Below are positions 33,313-40,336 of a stretch of 64,000 nt of DNA, one piece after another (position 1 is the first letter of the stretch; each line of letters opens with the position of its first letter). Source of the DNA: Escherichia coli (GTDB lineage Bacteria; Pseudomonadota; Gammaproteobacteria; Enterobacterales; Enterobacteriaceae); assembly GCF_003991155.1 (NCBI RefSeq), contig NZ_CP031293.1. One strand, written 5' to 3'. The notes below the pieces were generated by a model. That model made no database searches. It was not told the DNA's origin and saw nothing but the letters and a program-made list of their open reading frames with translations. A program made the translations under genes and the position numbers.

Positions 33313-33864
33313 ATGGCTAATATTGGATACATTAGGGTATCGACTGTGCAACAAAACACAGACCGTCAATTAGCAGGAGTAACTCTTGATAAAGTCTTTG
33401 AAGATAAAGCGTCAGGCAAGAACACTCAGCGCCCACAGTTTGAGGCAATGATGAACTATGTGCGGGAGGGTGACGTGTTACACGTCCATAGTATTGATCG
33501 CCTTTGTCGTAATACAGCCGACCTTCTGGCAACTGTAGAGCAATTAACAAAGCGCGGCGTGTCTGTGCATTTCCATAAAGAAGACTTTAAGACAGGAAAG
33601 AACTCTCCCGCAGGGAATATGATGCTCACAGTTCTTGCAGCAGTGGCACAAATGGAACGTGAAATGATGCTTGAGCGTCAACGTGAAGGGATCGCCGCAG
33701 CCAAGGCCGCTGGACGTATAGCAAAACGTGGTAATGGAAAAGCAATTGATCGAGCGGGAATTGCTGCCGCTCTCGCGAATGGTGGCTCAATTCGGAGCGT
33801 AGCAAAAGATTTCAGTGTCAGCACGCAGACGGTGCAACGTATCAAGAAAGAGCAGGTGGCGTAA
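33313..33864 (+). CDS. Small serine recombinase (resolvase/invertase family, 183 aa)
   Basis: MANIGYIRVSTVQQNTDRQ catalytic-Ser motif, the D..HVHSIDRL.R motif, and a C-terminal HTH (SIRSVAKDFSVSTQTVQRI). Confidence 0.88.
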   Translation: MANIGYIRVSTVQQNTDRQLAGVTLDKVFEDKASGKNTQRPQFEAMMNYVREGDVLHVHSIDRLCRNTADLLATVEQLTKRGVSVHFHKEDFKTGKNSPAGNMMLTVLAAVAQMEREMMLERQREGIAAAKAAGRIAKRGNGKAIDRAGIAAALANGGSIRSVAKDFSVSTQTVQRIKKEQVA

Positions 33865-34030
33865 TGCCTCCTTGATATTTGACAGGGACGGTCGGCAAAA
33901 ATCGGGGCTTGCTGATCTCAGCGTTGAGCGGTTCTTGCAATGGTGCCTAGGTGCTCGCTTGTATTCCCCTTCGATAATCACCACTAAGCCACTTATTGCC
34001 TTGTGGAGTGGCCCGAAAATTACTGATATC

Positions 34031-34495
34031 TTATTGATTCAGTCGATCCCATTTAACCGCAGATACAATTCCCCAATTACCACTAGCATTAGGCCTACGC
34101 CACTTCGCGGTTTCCATTCCACGAAGGTATTCGAGAGCTTCATTGAACGAACTGAAACGTTTCTGGGCTGATTTTTCCCCTACTCTAAACGAACCATCGC
34201 GAGTACTTGCCAATCCTGGATGAAAACACGACCCATCTGCAGCATAAGGAACAAGTACCTCCTGATCATCAGGTTTCCTTGAATCAGAAGCCAGTAACTG
34301 CCAAGGCTCAATACGCAAAGCGTCAGCCAGAACCTCAATTGCATCAAGAGATGCATTAGAGCAACCACGCTCAATTCGACTCATATAACTACGTGCAAAA
34401 CCACACCGATCTGCAAAGGCCTCTTGGCTTAAGCCAATAGCTATACGGAACTCTTTTACTCGTTGTCCAAAAAGGTATCTCAGATTCTTTCGCAT
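34031..34495 (-). CDS. XRE-family HTH regulator with an uncharacterised C-terminal domain (154 aa from MRKNL)
   Basis: HTH_3 pattern (LFGQRVKEFRIAIGLSQEAFADRCGFARSYMSRIERGCSNASLDAIEVLADAL), then about 85 aa with no recognised family. Confidence 0.75.
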   Translation of the reverse strand: MRKNLRYLFGQRVKEFRIAIGLSQEAFADRCGFARSYMSRIERGCSNASLDAIEVLADALRIEPWQLLASDSRKPDDQEVLVPYAADGSCFHPGLASTRDGSFRVGEKSAQKRFSSFNEALEYLRGMETAKWRRPNASGNWGIVSAVKWDRLNQ

Positions 34496-34605
34496 GGCAC
34501 AAAGATGCAATTTGACGCACCAATTAACCACGCACTAATCGTGACATTTTGAATCAATCATGTATTATTAGCATCACCATCCATTTGACACACCAAGGGA
34601 GACAA

Positions 34606-34953
34606 ATGAAAAAACTAGTATTTGCCGCTTTGTTAATTCCAGTGATGGGCCACGCCACAACCTTTTCCTGTAAAGCAATACAGGAAGGTCATATTGACTC
34701 GGGAAGTCAGAAAGTTTCTGTAGATTCAACTTTTGATATACAAGATAAAAAAATGACCATAAATCTTGGCGGTAAAACTTGGAGACTTGATTTGGTAGGT
34801 CAAAAAAGCATCGCAAAGATGTATGCTACACCTGACGGAGGGGTTGCAGCCACATACATTGACAATGGCAGTATACCGATATTTGTATTACGCCCTTCTA
34901 ATCCCGATGGGGAGATGGCTGTTTACACATTGAGTATGTGTTCTGAAGTATGA
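34606..34953 (+). CDS. Small secreted protein of unknown function (115 aa)
   Basis: Signal peptide MKKLVFAALLIPVMGHA/TT, AAGGGAG RBS, and a terminator directly downstream. Confidence 0.6.
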   Translation: MKKLVFAALLIPVMGHATTFSCKAIQEGHIDSGSQKVSVDSTFDIQDKKMTINLGGKTWRLDLVGQKSIAKMYATPDGGVAATYIDNGSIPIFVLRPSNPDGEMAVYTLSMCSEV

Positions 34954-34959
34954 TTGATC

Positions 34960-34983
34960 GGCGTGATATTCACGCCGTTTTTG
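34960..34983 (+). terminator. Rho-independent terminator
   Basis: GGCGTGA-TAT-TCACGCC followed by GTTTTT. Confidence 0.7.
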
Positions 34984-35030
34984 GGGAAATTTGTATATTG
35001 AAAAATATAGAAATAGAACTTTTATCAAGC

Positions 35031-35756
35031 CTATTTATTAACAGGTAGTAATGTCAGATCGCCATAATGGGCTTGTCTATGGCAATTAGGACATAATGCA
35101 ATAGCATTTTCCACAGAGTCCTCCCCCCCCTTTGAAAGCCACTCAATATGATGAACTTCTAGAAATGGAGTACCATCTTCCTTTAGAAAAGGAGCATCTC
35201 GCTTACAATATTGACATTTTCCATTTGCACTCAAAAGAACTTCAGCAACTACATATGGGCTTCGTTTATAAACTCGTGTTGTTACTTCGATTAGTTCCGG
35301 GATTTTACTTTCTGTCGCTAAAATTTGCTTTCGTTCCACTGAAGATAATTTTGCAGCCGTCTCAACAGCTTCTTCGAAAACCGATTTTACTTGACGATAA
35401 CGCCACATCCCTTCTAAATCCTGGTATAATTCCCAAATACCGTGCACAGATGGTTGATAGATTTCAAAAATATTTCCACGCTTGAACAATCGGTCATACT
35501 TATGATGCCGATGAGTTACATCATCAGTTCGTCGGGCAGTTTTGTTGAAACTCCAGTAGCTCCGCTTACAATTAACTGTATTAGCAATTAAATTGAGCCA
35601 AGTATTATCTTTATAAGATGGAAATAGCTTTCTAAGATAATCATCTACCTGCTTAGCCGTTGCAGCCCCACCAAACTGATTAGCAATTATCTGTATGGTA
35701 ATAGCTCTTATCGGTTGATCGCCATACTTGTATTTTTTGCCTAAATTTTTAACCAT
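35031..35756 (-). CDS. HNH nuclease with a roughly 160-aa uncharacterised N-terminal domain (241 aa); candidate type IV-like restriction/defence nuclease
   Basis: C-terminal HNH: CQYC...FLEVHHIEWLSKGGEDSVENAIALCPNCHRQAH (McrA-like beta-beta-alpha-Me with CxxC...CxxC). The N-terminal region is not recognisable. Confidence 0.75.
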   Translation of the reverse strand: MVKNLGKKYKYGDQPIRAITIQIIANQFGGAATAKQVDDYLRKLFPSYKDNTWLNLIANTVNCKRSYWSFNKTARRTDDVTHRHHKYDRLFKRGNIFEIYQPSVHGIWELYQDLEGMWRYRQVKSVFEEAVETAAKLSSVERKQILATESKIPELIEVTTRVYKRSPYVVAEVLLSANGKCQYCKRDAPFLKEDGTPFLEVHHIEWLSKGGEDSVENAIALCPNCHRQAHYGDLTLLPVNK

Positions 35757-35884
35757 AGAAGACTCACTAAGCCTAAATTCATCTTAAGTTATTATTGTAA
35801 ATTAGTTGTGAAAATTTTTGATCTCAGACAATAAAAATCTACAAATTATTAGCTGGTTATACACTAAGAAGGATACACGAATAA

Positions 35885-37192
35885 CTAAGTCTCCCAACAA
35901 AGACCATCGATCACATAACAAACGGTGGAAAGTGGGAATGTGTGCAGATAACGCTGGGTAATCCCTACTCCACTCTTTTCATGACCTACCACCTGTTGCA
36001 GATGCGCCAAATTACTCACCCAACCAGCTAAACAAGTAGAAATCATAGTATGCCGGAAACTATGCACCAAGCGCCGCTGCCCATAATCATCAAGATAAGG
36101 AATATCAAGCTGATCACGAACATCTGAAAGAACTTTACCTATCTTTGACATATTTCGACCTGAGACTTCCGAAAAGATTTTCTCTTTCCATTGGCGGTTA
36201 ACAAAATCCAGAAACCCCCACTCAATCAGTTTGGGATGAATCACTACCTGTCTTGTAGCATTCTCAGTTTTACCCAGCCTTCTTTCCGCGATCAGAAGAT
36301 AGTGCCGCTGGCTATCTTCATCAAATTTGATCTGCGACTTCTCCAGTTTAGCAATCTCACCTCTTCTGGCTCCTGTGTACGCCAACAACAAAGTGATCCA
36401 CTTCTGCCATCCATCAGGCTGCTTTAGTGCCCATCCTACAAATTTTTTCATTTCTGCTGCACTGTATGCACCAAACCTAGCTTTGGATGGTGCCGCTACT
36501 ATTCCATCAGTCGGAGACTTAGATAGAATATCTTTGTTTTCAGTCAGAAATGTTTTGAATAACGATTTGTAGATTTTAAGGTGCTTATGTACAGCCTCAG
36601 CACCAACTAAATCCTCTGGCAGCACATCATCACATTCGATTAGTTGCTGAATAGTCATTGACCTATACGGTTGCACTACACGCTTTGGTAAGTTTTCGAC
36701 AGTTTCCATTACTCGCTTAATATCTTGTTTGGTGATTGCCGTTACGTCTGTTTCTTTTCCCAAGACAACAAGCAATACCTCCATATAACGCTCATTTGCC
36801 ATTGAGATCGATTTTGTCCAATTTCGACCTCTTTCCTCCTTGTACATAGCCCACGCATCAGCAAGTGTTAGCACCTTTTCCGGTTTGGCTGGTGGTTGAA
36901 GCTGCAAAACTTCTTTAGAAATATTGTTCAATTGCTGAGGGAGTGGCAACGGAATCATTACGTTACGTGACGAAGCGATCAAGTTTGAAACAAACTTATT
37001 AAATTGTGGCAACGGAGTAGCGAGTGATTTAACGAAAGGAATGTGCGGAGTAAGGCCAATCATCAACGCCGATGCTTCGCGATAACTGTCAGTAAAAAGT
37101 GATTTTTTGTATATCCGACCATCCGAAAGCCGGATTTGTAGATAGTAATTACCGTTTCGCTGAAATGTGTATGGGAGAGTTCTTGACCTCAT
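35885..37192 (-). CDS. Tyrosine recombinase / phage-type integrase (435 aa from MRSRTLPYTF)
   Basis: Catalytic region ...TGARRGEI...HSFRHT...GHEKSGVGITQRYLH (R-H-R-Y). AGGGGG RBS before ATG 37192. Adjacent to the right att repeat. Confidence 0.9.
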   Translation of the reverse strand: MRSRTLPYTFQRNGNYYLQIRLSDGRIYKKSLFTDSYREASALMIGLTPHIPFVKSLATPLPQFNKFVSNLIASSRNVMIPLPLPQQLNNISKEVLQLQPPAKPEKVLTLADAWAMYKEERGRNWTKSISMANERYMEVLLVVLGKETDVTAITKQDIKRVMETVENLPKRVVQPYRSMTIQQLIECDDVLPEDLVGAEAVHKHLKIYKSLFKTFLTENKDILSKSPTDGIVAAPSKARFGAYSAAEMKKFVGWALKQPDGWQKWITLLLAYTGARRGEIAKLEKSQIKFDEDSQRHYLLIAERRLGKTENATRQVVIHPKLIEWGFLDFVNRQWKEKIFSEVSGRNMSKIGKVLSDVRDQLDIPYLDDYGQRRLVHSFRHTMISTCLAGWVSNLAHLQQVVGHEKSGVGITQRYLHTFPLSTVCYVIDGLCWET

Positions 37193-37275
37193 AAACGCCC
37201 CCTTTTTGTACCTTAACAGCATGATTTATGGTCAAAAAGAGATACAACCACATAATTTTCAAGACTATTTTGGCC

Positions 37276-37357
37276 CCCTACGCTGGCATTATCCAGATCA
37301 GGTGATACGGGTATTTCTCAGCCTTCACGCAGAAGGGCACCCCGAGTCGTTTGGTTG
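37276..37357 (-). promoter_or_regulatory. Second (orphan) copy of the thiM TPP aptamer, on the native promoter side of the island
   Basis: 100% identical to 29544-29625. It lacks the ..AAGUCACGG.. continuation and the expression platform, and is followed 83 nt later by the integrase start codon. Confidence 0.85.
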
Positions 37358-37445
37358 CGATGATAAATCGCAAAGGAGGATGGTAATGTCCAGCGCACGC
37401 GTTGTAAACGAGGAAAAACGGCAGTTTTACAATCGCGTTAATAAA

Positions 37446-37718
37446 TTATTTGATATATGAATCCAGCACCTTCAGAACGACATCCAGATCTTCTTCACGT
37501 TTTAGCTCATCCCCCTGGTGAACGATGTGTTCCGTCAGATGACCTTTAATCACTTCCCGCATCAGACCGTTTACCGCGCCACGGATAGCAGCAATCTGTT
37601 GTAAAACTGCAGCGCATTCGTGCGGCTCGTCGAGCATTTTCTTGAGCGCCACGACCTGGCCCTGAATCTTACTGGCACGCGCTTTCAGTTTCTGTTTATC
37701 ACGGATGGTATGAGACAT
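37446..37718 (-). CDS. rcnR: RcnR Ni/Co-responsive repressor (CsoR/RcnR family, 90 aa)
   Basis: [48 protein letters not shown], canonical RcnR. Confidence 0.95.
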
Positions 37719-37765
37719 GGCAACACCTGGTTAACAAGAATATGAAAAATCATAGCACTATTAAT

Positions 37766-37800
37766 CTACTGGGGGGTAGTATCAGGTACTGGGGGGGAGT
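37766..37800. promoter_or_regulatory. RcnR operator: two TACT-G6/7-N-AGTA sites
   Basis: TACTGGGGGGTAGTA (37766-37780) and TACTGGGGGGGAGTA (37786-37800) in the rcnR-rcnA divergent intergenic region. They match the published G-tract operator architecture. Confidence 0.85.
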
Positions 37801-37838
37801 AGAATCAGATTGCCGAATTAATACTAAGAATTATTATC

Positions 37839-38648
<810 letters not shown>

Positions 38649-38866
38649 CTCAATCCTTTAGGCTTGCATGTTATCTTCAGCCCAGGATGATTCTTAAATC
38701 AGCTATTTCCGCTGACTCTCTGCTCGCTAAGGATGCTTTTAGGGCATCCTTTCATTTACACTTTTTACGAAATCATGGGATCACTAACAAAATATCGCTT
38801 GTCAGTTATATTGTATGGCAGGAAAGATATGCGACTGATATTACAGATCCCCAAAGTGGAGAGTTT

Positions 38867-39205
38867 ATGACCATTAAAAATAAGATGTTGCTGGGTGCGC
38901 TTTTGCTGGTTACCAGTGCCGCCTGGGCCGCACCAGCCACCGCGGGTTCGACCAATACCTCGGGAATTTCTAAGTATGAGTTAAGCAGTTTCATTGCTGA
39001 CTTTAAGCATTTCAAACCAGGTGACACCGTACCAGAAATGTACCGTACCGATGAGTACAACATTAAGCAGTGGCAGTTACGTAACCTGCCCGCGCCTGAT
39101 GCCGGGACGCACTGGACCTATATGGGTGGCGCGTACGTGTTGATCAGCGACACCGACGGTAAAATCATTAAAGCCTACGACGGTGAGATTTTTTATCATC
39201 GCTAA
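38867..39205 (+). CDS. rcnB: RcnB (YohN) periplasmic Ni/Co homeostasis protein (112 aa)
   Basis: MTIKNKMLLGALLLVTSAAWA signal peptide. Internal Met of the 172-aa track ORF, with a GTGGAGAG RBS. Confidence 0.88.
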   Translation: MTIKNKMLLGALLLVTSAAWAAPATAGSTNTSGISKYELSSFIADFKHFKPGDTVPEMYRTDEYNIKQWQLRNLPAPDAGTHWTYMGGAYVLISDTDGKIIKAYDGEIFYHR

Positions 39206-39230
39206 AAAAAGCCCCCTCGGAGAGAGGGGG
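39204..39230 (-). terminator. Rho-independent terminator of yehA (the hairpin may also stop rcnB)
   Basis: CCCCCTC-GGAGA-GAGGGGG hairpin. A run of 7 A on the plus strand gives a U-run on the minus strand. Confidence 0.7.
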
Positions 39231-39286
39231 AAATGCAAACACCTTGTTATTTTTTATTATTAGCCACTTGCTCGTCTTGCTTATTA

Positions 39287-40321
39287 TTAGTCGTATTTCA
39301 CATTGATTAATGCGGTTGCCTCCAGTGCGCCAGATTTAACTTTGTTTGTATCGTAAACGTAGTAACTGGCCGTTATCGGAATTGAAACCGTTGTATCTGT
39401 AAGTTTTGACTTTGCCGCAATTTCTTTTAAATTTGTATATCCTTTACTGCTGTTAGTGATATTTAAAAGTGTGACTGGCGTACCATTACTTTCAAGAATA
39501 AATCCTACGCCATTATCTTCCGCACCTTTCAGGATCGTGTTGCTGTTGGTTAACAAGTCAGAACTTGATAAATACACCTGCATTTTCCGTGATGTTTGAT
39601 TTTGTTGACCTAATAAGTTTTTACAACGCAGAACAATATCCCCTTTGTTACTATTTATTGTTGCTTTGTTACCTGTAGCTGGTAATTGTGAAACGGGAAT
39701 ACTCTCTAACGTAATTAATAAATCGTCCGGTTTGCAGGTTGTGGTTATCGGGTTGTATGACAATGTCAGATTAAAGGAATAGACACCTGCATTTTGTGCC
39801 AATGCATTTCTGTAGCTATTTACACATGCATCCCATGACTTGCCACCGAATAAACACAGTAAAAATTGTACTGCAGCACTCCCGCGTGTCGATGATGAAG
39901 CACTGGATAATGTCGCAACACCATTAATCATCACTGAACCGCCGCCCCCCGCAGAAACATTCACTTTTGCATTACTGGCCGCAGGTGTCACCGTTACCGA
40001 ATAACCACTGGTGAAACTGGTCTGAGTATTTGACAACGTGATGTTGTTTTTATTGGTCCATTCAAAATGTAAATTTAATTTAATGGTATCGTTATAAAGT
40101 CCAACAATAATATCCGACGGGCTCATAGGGGTGATAGTATTTGTACTCACGCATGACGAATCATTAAAATTATGCTCATATGTCGCCATTTGTGTTTGAG
40201 TAAGTGCAAAATCCCCCTGAACAACCAAATTGTGCTGAACAGATAACTCACTATAACATGCTGCATAGCTCACAGGCATAACCATCATTATTAATATAAA
40301 TAGCATTATGCGAATTTCCAT
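39287..40321 (-). CDS. yehA: YehA fimbrial adhesin-like tip protein (344 aa)
   Basis: Signal peptide, two-domain fimbrial-like protein. Last gene of yehDCBA. Confidence 0.85.
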   Translation of the reverse strand: MEIRIMLFILIMMVMPVSYAACYSELSVQHNLVVQGDFALTQTQMATYEHNFNDSSCVSTNTITPMSPSDIIVGLYNDTIKLNLHFEWTNKNNITLSNTQTSFTSGYSVTVTPAASNAKVNVSAGGGGSVMINGVATLSSASSSTRGSAAVQFLLCLFGGKSWDACVNSYRNALAQNAGVYSFNLTLSYNPITTTCKPDDLLITLESIPVSQLPATGNKATINSNKGDIVLRCKNLLGQQNQTSRKMQVYLSSSDLLTNSNTILKGAEDNGVGFILESNGTPVTLLNITNSSKGYTNLKEIAAKSKLTDTTVSIPITASYYVYDTNKVKSGALEATALINVKYD

Positions 40322-40336
40322 AGAACCACCTGACTA

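Larger units (their letters stand above)
29544..37357 (-). mobile_element. Integrative island (about 7.73 kb including one repeat) inserted in the thiM riboswitch, bounded by 82-bp perfect direct repeats (29544-29625 and 37276-37357)
   Basis: Identical 82-bp repeats flank the element. A tyrosine integrase is adjacent to the right repeat. The interior is visibly AT-rich with accessory or hypothetical genes. The flanks (thiM / rcnR) are neighbours in K-12 as I recall. Confidence 0.85.

Noticed and set aside
38687-38866. N-terminal 60-aa extension of rcnB in the 172-aa track ORF
   Set aside because: The extension has no RBS and no signal-peptide logic. The internal Met at 38867 gives the canonical RcnB signal peptide and the known 112-aa length.
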